A DNA stretch of 64,000 nt from Eukaryota sp. TZLM1-RC (taxonomy: Eukaryota; Protista; Metamonada: BaSk clade): contig JAUPSS010000004.1 in assembly GCA_040285825.1 (NCBI GenBank), positions 6,415,784 to 6,479,783 of the forward strand, in the 5' to 3' direction. Below are positions 35,810 through 47,038 of the stretch, one piece after another; position 1 is the first letter of the stretch; the number at the start of each line of letters is the position of its first letter. A model generated the notes under the pieces. That model saw nothing but the letters and a program-made list of their open reading frames with translations. It had not been told where the DNA came from and ran no database searches. The position numbers and the translations under genes are program-made.

Positions 35810-35910
35810 GTAGCCTTTTACTACAGTGAATCTGTAGCATTTTTGGATTTTTCCATACCATTGATATATCAAAAGAAAACAGGATGAATTGACTTTGTTT
35901 TTGTTCCTCA

Positions 35911-37119
35911 ATGTACCCACTTTTAATTTTATCTTTGCTGACAGTCTGCTCTTTAGCTTCTCCATACTCCGCCGAGGACTGGCCTGATGACGATTTTGCT
36001 GCATTCCAACTTTTTCAGTCCCGTTTTGAAAAACTTTATGCAACAGCTGATGAATTCAACTACAGATTCAACATCTTCAAGGAGAATCGAATAACAGCAA
36101 AACTTGCAGATAAGTCAGATCCCCACGCCAGTTATGGCATCACCATGTTCTCCGATCTCACGCATGAAGAATTCCATAAGCGGTACCTCACCTTACGTCC
36201 TCACACTGCGAACTACAAGCCAACTGTCCAACCTACACCATTCAATCCTGATGGCCCTACTTTCGATTCACATGCCCACTACGACACTAACAAGAAAGTT
36301 CCTCCTATGTGGGATTGGCGATCGTCTATGGGAATGAGCATGGTTACTCCAGTTAAGAATCAAGGAAGTTGTGGAAGCTGCTGGTCATTTGCCGCTTGTG
36401 CTGCTGCTGAAAGTTTCCTCATGATTCACCCCAGAGGTAACGATCCCATTCCTGACGCTGACCCCAACCCTATTCCTGACATTGACGTTAACTCTCTCTC
36501 CACACAAGCCCTGGTTGATTGTGTGAAGGACACGTGTCACGGATGTAATGGGGGGTTACCCAGTCTTGCTTTTGAGAAGTTTGTCAAAATGGGATGGCAT
36601 CATCCTGCGTACCTCCAATATCCTTATAAAGGAGTGGATAATCTTCCATGTATGGTCAAGTCAAAGCCAGGATTAGCAAAGAAGTACAAGGGTTATACTT
36701 TGGTTAATCCAAACTTTAATTGGACTCAATTCGATACTTCTGGTATTTCTGCTGAGGATTATTGTAAGGCAATTTACTTCAATTCACCTATCGCCACTGC
36801 TCTTGATGCTACTGGATTGCAGTTCTATACAGGAGGTGTTATCAGTACAGCTGCAATGTGTTCATGGAGAGTAAATCATGCTGTGACAGCGGTGGGGTAT
36901 GGTATAATGAGTGGTGCCGAGGATCAACCAAATCCTATCAACTGGAACATGATGGTTGCTATAGTGAAAAATTCTTGGGGAGAGCAGTTTGGGGAAGAAG
37001 GGTACTTTAGAATTTGGCTTACTGATCATATCTACCCAATCAACCCAGACGCCAAGAGTTGGGGGCTGTGTGGTATTAGAAGATATGCCAGCTTTGCAAA
37101 TGTTTGCAAGCAGTGTTAA
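35911..37119 (+). CDS. Papain-family (C1A) cysteine protease, cathepsin L/F-like preproenzyme
   Basis: Signal peptide, I29 prodomain (RFNIFKEN, FSDLTHEEF), QGSCGSCWSF, CHGCNGG, NHAV and KNSWG. Confidence 0.95.
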   Translation: MYPLLILSLLTVCSLASPYSAEDWPDDDFAAFQLFQSRFEKLYATADEFNYRFNIFKENRITAKLADKSDPHASYGITMFSDLTHEEFHKRYLTLRPHTANYKPTVQPTPFNPDGPTFDSHAHYDTNKKVPPMWDWRSSMGMSMVTPVKNQGSCGSCWSFAACAAAESFLMIHPRGNDPIPDADPNPIPDIDVNSLSTQALVDCVKDTCHGCNGGLPSLAFEKFVKMGWHHPAYLQYPYKGVDNLPCMVKSKPGLAKKYKGYTLVNPNFNWTQFDTSGISAEDYCKAIYFNSPIATALDATGLQFYTGGVISTAAMCSWRVNHAVTAVGYGIMSGAEDQPNPINWNMMVAIVKNSWGEQFGEEGYFRIWLTDHIYPINPDAKSWGLCGIRRYASFANVCKQC

Positions 37120-37669
37120 TTGTTTTGTATATATGTCGTCAATAAATGAATTTCAATATTTCAATTTTTTCCATTTAAATTAATTAAATTATGAATTATT
37201 TAGTTTGACCAACAATTTACTCAAATCGAAACGACTCTTTAATTTAGATAAAACTAACAAGGACTGTTATTAAGATCATATTTATTTTCCACTGTGGACT
37301 TTTGCCTGATCTCATCTTTAACACCAATTACAGTGAAGAATCTCGTGGGCGAGAGATTTTGCAGCTTTTAGATTTTCTCTGTTTACAAAATACAGATGCA
37401 TCCACGTTTTGTTTAATCCTAAAGTGAGTGTAGTTTATAAAATTACTCATTGTTCTTTAGTAACATAATAATACACTACATTTATACATTTTTGGCTGTA
37501 CTAAATGTGTTCCTAATTGGACAACCTGTCCATTAACTGCATATTCCATTGCAGAATCATCTCTTACATGTACGCCAGTGGCAATGTGTGCGCAGAGGCG
37601 GTCCTTTTCAAATCGAATTCTATTGTTGAAATGAAATTCAAAACAACACTTTTTTAAAGATCCACAAAA

Positions 37670-37950
37670 TTCAAACTTGCAATTTCTCTTTTTGGCAATA
37701 TTGGACCTTCAGGGTTGCACTTTTTTGAAAATTTCCAAAAAGTGTTACTGAATAGGTCTGGTAAAACAATGAACTCCACTTTCTGGTTAAATAGAATTGT
37801 TTTTTGCATTTTCAAGTCTATTCCAACAATGATTTCAAAGGCACTTTTAGCTATTGGTGTAGAATATGAACGTAATGCTGTGAGTAGGTTCAGTAATAGT
37901 GACGCTTGTTTGGAGGATATTGAATTCTAGATGGTTATTTTTATCTCAAT
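37670..37950 (+). mobile_element. RLE 3' fragment (family F)
   Basis: ISLFGNIGPSG..FWLNRIVFCIFKS..LEDIEF*. Near-identical to the 3' end of the copy at 44.7-45.7 kb. Confidence 0.85.
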
Positions 37951-38409
37951 AAATATTCCAGTTTTTAAAAAAATTCAAATATTCATGAAAATATTTGTGA
38001 ATTGCGATTACTATTATCTACTGATTTCAAGGTTCTCAAAATAATGAAACCAAGAATTAAAAAAATTGATGTTTACTGAACTTGTTTATGATTCTCAAAT
38101 ATTGTCATTTTTCCCAAAAGTTGAAATCGTTAAGCTTTACGAAAGGTCCAAATTTCAGTTAAGATTACATGTAGAAAAAAATAATTATAGCTTTGACATA
38201 ACTATCAAATCTCAAATATTTAGAGCCTATTTATTCTTTTAAAAAAGAACAATTACCCACTTCACTAATGAAGTTATTGATTAAACAATGTGGTATTGAG
38301 GTGACTGATTTGTGCTGTTCTAAAAAAACAAAAGCGTTGTTTTTGGGCTATCTATTTGCAACAGAATTTGTTTTATAGAATAAATTGATTTATCGAATAA
38401 CGAATAAAT

Positions 38410-38760
38410 AATCATCAAAAACACAACTAAAACTCCACATCCTCAAAATCTGTCTCTCCCAAATCAAAACAATTACTTGCTGAAGATTCAAAAATTTTAC
38501 CAAAAGAAGAAAGTGAATCAGAAATTAATTTCACCATTCCCTTATATGTTGAAAACACAATCCCGTCTTGCCAGTTAACACGATTGAAAATTCTTCCAGT
38601 TCTTTCCTTTATAACTACGCTGAAATTTTCAAGGAAAGCCAAAGCAGCCTTATCTAAAGAACTGAGCAAGGAAAAACAAAGGGACATAAATTATATTGGA
38701 CGTGAGAATTTTCATGTACAGAAGAATTAGGGTTCGTATATTTAGCAATTTTTTATTTTT
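38410..38760 (-). mobile_element. RLE 3' fragment (family G)
   Basis: KERTGRIFNRVNWQ..IVFS..KGMVK..FEDVEF*. Homologous to 63083-63694. Confidence 0.85.
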
Positions 38761-39039
38761 TGCAGGGCAGTATGGTGGCGAAACATCGTCTGTTCCAGTT
38801 GCTGACGTCAAAAACACTGAGGCATACTAATCCTATTTGCGTACCCTTGGTCCTAGCACTGCCAGGAAACGGAAAGTGAATTCCAAGTCCAACTCTGAGA
38901 CTAATTCCCCTGCAGTAAATTTTTATAGTTCTCTTACCAAATCTAAGGGAAACAAAAGGTAGTGTTGTAATGTATACTTACCTAGTGATGGTCTTTATAA
39001 GTGCTAGGGAATTATCTTTTTTCTTGATTAACTTTATAC

Positions 39040-39910
39040 TTTTATAAGCATCATTTTGAATCTAAAGTCGATGATGCAGTGAAAGATCAACCATTCTATA
39101 TGTCAAAGTCACACAAAATTGTGTCCTATTTGAAACCATCTTTCTCTCGTTTGTTTGAAGACACTTTGAATTCTTTTGTTCCAAACAGATGTGATTTAAT
39201 GCTTGAAGGTCTTGAAGGAATAACGATCATTACTAATGTGAGATCCACTGATGTGTGTGATGGTGATTATGTACTGTTAGCTCAGTAAAAATGCAACAAT
39301 TTTTTTTAGTTGCTGAGAAATCTGAAACACATTTTTAGAGCAAAGTTGGTTTCCTTGAATACCGAATCTCAGTCATTATTTCCCTTGTCCATTGACATTC
39401 TGCTTACACAACTTTCTTGGACTTATTGCTTTGTCATTCTCAGATCATTTTGATAAAGATGTGAAACGTCTAATAGGAAGATTTTTTGCTAATGTTTTTC
39501 ACAGAATGTTCTGGAAGAGTTTTTTTATTCACTTAATAAGGAATATGAAAACATAAAATGCACAACTAAAACTCCACATCCTCAAAACCTGCCTCCCCTA
39601 CATCGAAACAATTAATTGCTGAAGATTCAGAAAATTTCCCAAAAGAAGAGAGTGAATCACAAATTATTATCACCATTCCCTTAAAAATAGAAAATACAAT
39701 CCTGTTTTGCCAGTAAAAATGATTGAAAATTCCTCCAGTCCATTCCTTTACAACAACATTCTTCACAGAATTGTCTGTCCATTCTAATAAAGCTGTTGTT
39801 CTTTTACTATTTACTACTATATTATCTTTTGGACAATTTTATGAGAGAAAAGCTTGCAATTAATATTTTTTTTGAGTGATTTGGGGTATGAAGATATAGA
39901 ATTTTAATTT
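39040..39910 (+). mobile_element. RLE family D fragment with a nested opposite-strand family G fragment (about 39510-39761)
   Basis: The plus-strand RLE sequence (NVRSTDVC...EDIEF*) is split by a minus-strand family G 3' end. The direct repeat TTCACAGAAT lies at 39498-39507 and 39762-39771. Confidence 0.75.
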
Positions 39911-40746
39911 TGTTGTGTAGTTTACTTAAAAAATAATTTCTGTTTAAGTAGAACAAAAATGCAAGAAAAAAGATAATATTAATTTAATCTCATGCCATGG
40001 ACTACTACACAAAACAAATGATGACTCGGAATAATGTTAACTAAAGTTCTCGTGCTCCAAACAGATAAAGGATACACACTCTGACATTCAAGATTATTGT
40101 AGGCCAATGGTATTGCGAAATTCTCTAAATGTTGAAAATAGGTCTTGAGCAGTATTTATTTAATGAGCATGGATAGAAACATTTGTTTAAGGAGTTATTC
40201 TACTCACCTCACTATAACTAACTATCAACCATTATGTGTTGTTTTTTATACCATGACCTTAAACATACCAAACATCTTGTAGTATCTTGGTTGAGTTTCA
40301 GAAGCATCATCGTAATATCTGTTCGGAACAATTGACATGGGTACAGCAAAGTTTCTTATATCCGAGAATCGTCGAGGTTCTTGAATTTGTTCTATGTCAA
40401 CAACAGGAATATTGGACATTGCTAACAGAATAGATAAGAGTTACAAAAGAAAAAACGGTGTCTTTATTACAGGTCTAGAATGTACAATCTTTACAAGAGA
40501 TGATGATTGATGTTAGATACAAGTTGTTGGTTTATTAAGGATCAACAACGCAGTTTTGACATGTTTTTGAAAAATAGGAGAGGAAGAGGTTTTATGCCGC
40601 AAGTTGACGAATGTGAGTCGACTTGACTCATTTGAACAATAAGTGACTGGACTCGACTCATGAGTTGACTCAACTCAAATGGAAATCCTACTGGAAAATC
40701 ATTCCATGATTCATTAAATTCTCCTTGCTACCTACTATATTGTTTA

Positions 40747-42753
40747 ATGCCACGGTCGCCACCTCTGCGACAAGTGTCGTCTAGGAAAAGTCGTTCCGCC
40801 CAACCTCGATCAGAAGTGCTTCAACGCATGTTGGAGTCTTCTTCGCAGACTCTTCGACAACGAGCATCTTCTGTATACGAAAATCATGTGTCAGCTGCCC
40901 TTGCTGAGCTTAACCATGCCAACACTGTTGCTACAGCTCCGAAAGTTCAACCTAAACCAACAAACCAACTTCCCAAACCCGGTACTTCCACTCGTGCCAA
41001 CTCCATTCAGGTGGAACTACCCCCTCCATCTACCTCGACTTTCTCTACATCAATTCATCCTCCACCAGAAATGCATGAGGTAAGGGTTCATCAACCCTAC
41101 CAAGCTAAATCCCGCCAAGAACGCCGCGCCCCTTTTCCTCCTGTACCATCCATGCCAGCCACTGCCCCTGTCTATCATCCACCTTCAACTCCTATTGTCT
41201 ACCAAAGAGATGATACGCTGAGGATTGACGAAACTTCTGAGGCTGCTAAACGTCCACAAACTCCAAAAAAGTCGCCAAAAAGTGCTTCTAATCGGAATAA
41301 ACCTAGTTTAGAGGAGTCACTTGACCAGGAATTCAGTGAAAATGGAGATTTTGATGCCAATGTGGCTCTTGAAGATACCCCTGAGCCTTCTAAACGTCCA
41401 AAAACTCCAAAAAAGTCGCCAAAAAGTGCTTCTAATCGGAATAAACCTAGTTTAGAGGAGTCACTTGACCAGGACTTCAGTGAAAATGGAGATTTTGATG
41501 CCAATGTGGCTCTTGAAGATACCCCTGAGCCTTCTAAACGTCCAAAAACTCCAAAAAAGTCGCCAAAAAGTGCTTCTAATCGGAATAAACCTAGTTTAGA
41601 GGAGTCACTTGACCAGGACTTCAGTGAAAATGGAGATTTTGATGCAAGTCTGGCACTTGAAGATACCCCTGAGCCTTCTAAACGTCCAAAAACTCCAAAA
41701 AAGTCGCCAAAAAGTGCTTCTAATCGGAATAAACCTAGTTTAGAGGAGCCACTTGACCAGGACTTCAGTGAAAATGGAGATTTTGATGCCAATGTGGCTC
41801 TTGAAGATACCCCTGAGCCTTCTAAACGTCCAAAAACTCCAAAAAAGTCGCCAAAAAGTGCTTCTAATCGGAATAAACCTAGTTTAGAGGAGTCACTTGA
41901 CCAGGACTTCAGTGAAAATGGAGATTTTGATGCAAGTCTGGCTCTTGAAGATACCCCTGAGCCTTCTAAACGTCCAAAAACTCCAAAAAAGTCGCCAAAA
42001 AGTGCTTCTAATCGGAATAAACCTAGTTTAGAGGAACCACTTGACCAGGACTTCAGTGAAAATGGAGATTTTGATGCCAATGTGGCTCTTGAAGATACCC
42101 CTGAGCCTTCTAAACGTCCAAAAACTCCAAAAAAGTCAACTAATCAATCAAGAAAGAAACCTCTTCCAGATCCCTCAACTCTACGAAGGTCTTCAAGACA
42201 ACGTCCAGAAAAACCCCTAAAATGGTGGAAAAATGAAAGACCTGTTTATGATAATAAAGGCAATTTAGTCACAATTGCTCCTGACACGGCCCCTTCTCCA
42301 ATTAAAGCTAAACCAGTGTCTAGAAAAAGAAAGGCTGTCAGTAAACAGCCAGTAAAGAAGTCAAATGTCGCTAAAGGAAAAGCATTTACATTTGAAGCTT
42401 CCCGAATGGTCGCTGCTCCTGCTGATTACGATTGGAAACCGCTGGACAATGCAAAGGAAAATGAAGTTTTAATTGGCACAAGCAGTGAGGCAAAGCTTTG
42501 CGGAACAAATGTCTATTCTGGCTTGATGAAGTTCGCTCCTGGTGCAGTCAAAAAACACGAATCAATTGGGAACAATATGATTTTATTCTTTGTACATAAG
42601 GGTAATATTCTTTTAAATTTAAATAATGATAAGGAGTTTGATATTCCCCAAGGTAGTCACGTAAATATACCACCAAAAAGTACTTACGCATTAATTAATC
42701 AAAGTGAGGATAAGTGGGCCTTTCTGGTTTATTCTATCGTTAAAATAGCGTAA
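40747..42753 (+). CDS. CENPC: Centromere protein C (CENP-C/Mif2)
   Basis: CENP-C motif LRRSSRQRPEKPLKWWKNERPVY, followed by a C-terminal cupin (SGLMKFAPGAVKK..FFVHKG..GSHVNIPPKSTYALIN). Confidence 0.88.
   Translation: MPRSPPLRQVSSRKSRSAQPRSEVLQRMLESSSQTLRQRASSVYENHVSAALAELNHANTVATAPKVQPKPTNQLPKPGTSTRANSIQVELPPPSTSTFSTSIHPPPEMHEVRVHQPYQAKSRQERRAPFPPVPSMPATAPVYHPPSTPIVYQRDDTLRIDETSEAAKRPQTPKKSPKSASNRNKPSLEESLDQEFSENGDFDANVALEDTPEPSKRPKTPKKSPKSASNRNKPSLEESLDQDFSENGDFDANVALEDTPEPSKRPKTPKKSPKSASNRNKPSLEESLDQDFSENGDFDASLALEDTPEPSKRPKTPKKSPKSASNRNKPSLEEPLDQDFSENGDFDANVALEDTPEPSKRPKTPKKSPKSASNRNKPSLEESLDQDFSENGDFDASLALEDTPEPSKRPKTPKKSPKSASNRNKPSLEEPLDQDFSENGDFDANVALEDTPEPSKRPKTPKKSTNQSRKKPLPDPSTLRRSSRQRPEKPLKWWKNERPVYDNKGNLVTIAPDTAPSPIKAKPVSRKRKAVSKQPVKKSNVAKGKAFTFEASRMVAAPADYDWKPLDNAKENEVLIGTSSEAKLCGTNVYSGLMKFAPGAVKKHESIGNNMILFFVHKGNILLNLNNDKEFDIPQGSHVNIPPKSTYALINQSEDKWAFLVYSIVKIA
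41247..42137 (+). repeat. In-frame tandem repeat, 144-bp (48-aa) unit, 6 full copies plus a partial
   Basis: Units begin TAAACGTCCA at 41247, 41391, 41535, 41679, 41823, 41967 and 42111 and are near-identical. Confidence 0.97.
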
Positions 42754-42944
42754 ATTCATTTTTTTGTTTGATTTTGATTCACGTTTATTTATTGTCTTGT
42801 ATATTGAAAATTACTGTAACTTTTTGTTTTAATTTCATTATTTTATTTTTTTTGTTCTTATTCTTGTAAATTGTATATTAATTCGGTAACTTATAAATTG
42901 TTGTAAACTTGTCTATTTTTTATAATCAAAAATTTAAACTAAAA

Positions 42945-44555
42945 CTACTGACCAGTTGGCTCTTGTTCCTCTTTCTTTACTGCTTGTATATTCTTCACTG
43001 GAGGGAACAACAAAACATCCTTAATGGTAGCAGTATCAGTCAAAAACATGACCAATCGATCAATTCCAAGACCAAATCCACCTACTGGACCCATTCCATA
43101 CTCCAAGGCAGTACAGAAAGTTTCATCTAGTGGTTGGGCTTCAACATCGCCAGAATCTCTTGCATTCTGCTGTTGGGCAAAACGTTGTCGTTGGACAATA
43201 GGGTCATTGAGTTCTGTGTAGGCATTGCACAATTCTCTACCGGCAATGAACATTTCAAAACGCTCAGTCAAAAGTGGACGTTCTCTATGATATTTGGCCA
43301 AAGGAGACATTACTTCGGGAGTATCAATAACAAAAGTGGGGTAATTGATGCACTTTGATTCGACAAAGTGTTCCCCAAGTTTATCCAAAAGTCGACCAAA
43401 CGTGCGAGGTGGAGCACATTCAACACCAACCTCCTTACACAACTCATCCAAACGATCCCTGATATCAGGAGAATCAAGAGGAGGAAGAGATCGACCAAGA
43501 CCTTCTTCAATTCCATCAATAAGAGACACACGTCTAAAAGGAGGAGTAAAGTCCAACTCTAAAGGTTCCTTTGTGAAATCACCATCAGGGTGATATTTAA
43601 TCTTATACGTGCCATGAATATGATGTACAAGTCCAGAAATCATGTCCTCTGCCATCTTCATCACATCGTTGTAGTCAGCATAAGCTTGGTATGACTCCAA
43701 AGTGGTAAACTCGGGATTGTGGGTTTGATCAATGGATTCGTTACGAAATTGCTTACCAATTTCATAAACTCTGTCAAGTCCACCGACGACCAACCTCTTG
43801 AGGTAGAGCTCAGGAGCGATACGTAAGAAGAGAGTGGCATTGAGGTCGTTGTGATGGGTAGTGAAAGGCTTGGCATTAGCTCCACCAGCAACAGCATTGA
43901 GGGTCGGGGTTTCTACTTCCATAAAGTCTCTATTGTCCAAAAAGTTCCTTATGTACTTAATCGTTTCCGATCTTGTCTTGAAAATGGTACGCAATCGAGT
44001 GTTGTTCATGATCCAGTCGACTTCACGTTGACGGATTCTCTTCTCTGGGTCCGCAAAAGGAGTTTTGGGATCAGGAAGCATGCGTAGGCAGGGAGCCAGT
44101 ACTTGGATCTTAGTGACCATTAGACTAAATTCTCCTCGCTTGGTTCGGGTGGGGAAACCTTCAACACCGACAATGTCTCCCCTAGCAATATCAAGGTTGT
44201 CTTCCTTGAAGTTGTCAGTTGAGTACATACGAGCATTGGCCATAAGTTGAACTTTCGTGCCTTCGTTATTGATGGTGTAGAAAATGAGGCCCTTAGAAGC
44301 ATCGTGCTTGCGCTCAACACGCCCCGCAATAGAAACTGAGACATCGGGAAGAGAATCTCCGTTGTTGAGAACCTTGGAACCTTCAGTGATGTTTTCCTCA
44401 GTTATGTCATAGAGACGTCGGAATTCGGAAACACTGAATGTTGGTCTAAAGATATGGGGATAAGGATTAACACCAGAGGCACGCTTAGCTTCTACTTGAG
44501 CTACACGGTATTCATAGTAGTCATTTTCTCCTGTAGGAATAGCAGATCTGGACAT
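42945..44555 (-). CDS. KARS1: Lysyl-tRNA synthetase (class II)
   Basis: NPYPH, OB anticodon-binding fold, [46 protein letters not shown]. Confidence 0.98.
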   Translation of the reverse strand: MSRSAIPTGENDYYEYRVAQVEAKRASGVNPYPHIFRPTFSVSEFRRLYDITEENITEGSKVLNNGDSLPDVSVSIAGRVERKHDASKGLIFYTINNEGTKVQLMANARMYSTDNFKEDNLDIARGDIVGVEGFPTRTKRGEFSLMVTKIQVLAPCLRMLPDPKTPFADPEKRIRQREVDWIMNNTRLRTIFKTRSETIKYIRNFLDNRDFMEVETPTLNAVAGGANAKPFTTHHNDLNATLFLRIAPELYLKRLVVGGLDRVYEIGKQFRNESIDQTHNPEFTTLESYQAYADYNDVMKMAEDMISGLVHHIHGTYKIKYHPDGDFTKEPLELDFTPPFRRVSLIDGIEEGLGRSLPPLDSPDIRDRLDELCKEVGVECAPPRTFGRLLDKLGEHFVESKCINYPTFVIDTPEVMSPLAKYHRERPLLTERFEMFIAGRELCNAYTELNDPIVQRQRFAQQQNARDSGDVEAQPLDETFCTALEYGMGPVGGFGLGIDRLVMFLTDTATIKDVLLFPPVKNIQAVKKEEQEPTGQ

Positions 44556-44689
44556 CGGATAAAATCACAAAAATGTCAAATAGTTGTAACCCGTTGAGAT
44601 TTTTGGAATATGAAGATGAGATGAATCAAGTTGTTCTTTTCAAAACTTTGTATTTAATTTAAACGTATTTTTATTACTAAATGAGCAAA

Positions 44690-45750
44690 CTTTTTTATGT
44701 ACTTTATTTTTATTGAAAAAAAATTCTATCTAGTATTCAATATCCTGCAAACAAGCATCACTATAACTAAACCTACTCCCAGCATTTCGTTCATATTCTA
44801 CACCAATAGCTAAGCGAGCCTTAGAAATCATTGTTGCAATAGACTTGAAAATGCAAAAAACAATTCTATTTAACCAGAAAGTGGAATTCATTTTTTACGA
44901 GATCTATTCAGTAAAACTGTTTTGAAGTTTTCAAAAAAGTGTAATCCTGAAGGTCCAGAATTGCCAAAAAGAGAAATTTCAAACGGAACAAACTGCTATT
45001 TCACGTGTTCGACTCTACCTAATTGTGCCAATGGTTCTTCATATTTTTTTATTGTCTGTTTTTCAGCGTTAGTTAGCGGCGAATCAGCGGAATACACCAA
45101 ACCAGCAGCAGAATTTTTGCAAACATCAACTGAGACAACATCTACAACATTGAGAACACCATCGATCCCTGGAGCTACTAAGTATGCCCTTCTTTTACCA
45201 AAAGAATCATCAATTTGAGCTGGAGATAGCTTACGTACTAATGGCTCAATAAAAGCCTCTATATCGAAAATTTAGCACATGACATATAATTGATCACGAA
45301 CTGAATCATGAACAATTGAGCGATAAGTTATAAAATATTTGCAGTTTAAAATATGGGAAAACGTAACCACACTCTTGCAGCGACAAATTAAATCATTAGA
45401 TAACGAACAAGGCATAAGAAACATCTCATTCTCATTGCAGTGGTCCATTGGTGATCATTTAGCAGTAGGCCATAAATGTTGGAAATTTGGGAGATTAGGC
45501 ACCTTGAGCAACTCTTTTCAAGATCAATCAAAAAGTTTGCAAAAAAGGGATTTTTTTCTTTAGTCAAGCCAAGACGTACAATATAATTCAAGTTTTCTAA
45601 AACTTTTAAGATTTTTTTCTGCAATTTTGCAAAAGTCAGTGGTAAGGAGAACAAGCTTCTTGAAGGAAGTTCCACAATATCAGAGGCAAAACACTTAGAC
45701 CAGATACTTGGTGAAAGAGTTTCAATTTCCTGTTGCAAAGAAATAAGATA
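44690..45750 (-). mobile_element. RLE non-LTR family F, 3' portion
   Basis: CRCK..FSHILNC, VHDSVRDQ, KRRAYL..VVDVVSVD, FVPFEISLFG, and a ...LQDIEY* end. Confidence 0.85.
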
Positions 45751-45754
45751 AGAG

Positions 45755-46700
45755 CTCTTTCATTTTCTTTGATATACTCAACCACAACATGAATCATATT
45801 AAGAACAGCATTGACATTACGATTCCAGAGACATCCACACCTCTTGCAAGTGAGTAATCCATGTCTTAGGACCGTTGGAGTCTTTGCTCTCCTGTAAGGC
45901 CTTGGGTTAGGAACTCGATGCTTCTTTACATTTCCGTCTTCTTTTCGCTCGACTCCACATACATGACATCTACAACTTGTTCTTTATTCATCCAGTAGCA
46001 ATAGACGGAAGTTACGTTTTTTAACATCTTTCGATAACCAACATTCTTTGTAGGCGCTTGATGTTTAAAATTGGTTTGCTTCCAATCACCCATAACTACA
46101 ATGTTATCTTTTGGACCTCCAAACTTATTTTCAAATTCATTCATCCATTTTGCTTCAAACCTCTCTGTTGGCCATGAATCTTCGCAGTTTCATGACTCTC
46201 AATTCTTTGTTAAAGTAAAAAGCTCCATCATGTAGAGAAAAGTTGTTTTTTGCCTAGTTTAGGAATTATTCATGATCTAGAGTTTTCTTTGAAGATTGAT
46301 TTAATTCTTCTTCCTACTCCTTTAGGGTTTTGTTTTGAATAATCCATGATTCTTTGGCATCCCTATCGAATTTTTGATCGTCTTTGTTCAGAATTTCTCT
46401 TCTCCTCTGAGGAGCAGTGAGCCTCTTGAAAGTATATTCCTTTAGTTTTGTTTTCTTGTTTTCATTTGCAGGAGGAGGATCTTGTTTTGGCCCGAAGTTT
46501 AGAATCTTTTGCTTTGTTAATAAAACCTCTATTTCTTCCTTTGTTTTCTTCATGATGCCATTCGTTCCATTCTAATCTTGAATCTGTTGGGGTTGAGTGT
46601 GGTTCAGTTAACATGTTGGGATTTGGGCAATTTAATTTTCGTTTTTCAGCCATTAATTAGTCCCTAATGCCAGGGTCAATTATTGTGAAGGTATTTATCA
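45755..46700 (-). pseudogene. Fanzor1 remnant (RuvC-I to RuvC-III)
   Basis: IIDPGIRD, RLTAPQRRRE, FGGPKDNIVVMGDWKQTNFKHQAPTKNVG, LLDE*RTSCRCHVC, HRVPNPRPYRR..HGLLTCKRCGCLWNRNVNAVLNM. Confidence 0.88.
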
Positions 46701-47038
46701 GCTGTACATATGCAGCTGTACATAATGCTTATCAGTACAAACAATGGGTTCTACCTTTGAAGTTTAATGCAATTTAACCAACAGTTCCAAGCACTGCTTA
46801 TTTCCCACAACATTGATTGTATTTTCAGAGGTCACTTCTTAAAACTTTCGAAATATTGCTTGACAAAAAAATAAATTACATTTATACACAAAAAAAATCC
46901 TTAAAATACAAATAATGATGAACTAAATTAAATTAAATTACAATTAATAAACTAAAGTGGTGTCAACTTTTTAATGAACCTAATAAAGAATAATATTCTG
47001 CTTTTAAATCACTAATATTATCTAAATCAGTTCTGAAT

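Noticed and set aside
41199-42080. 293-aa antisense ORF
   Set aside because: A shadow of the stop-free 144-bp repeat within CENP-C.
41247-42137. CRISPR-like array or nucleosome-length satellite
   Set aside because: There are no unique spacers. The unit is an in-frame coding repeat, and its similarity to 147 bp is probably coincidental.
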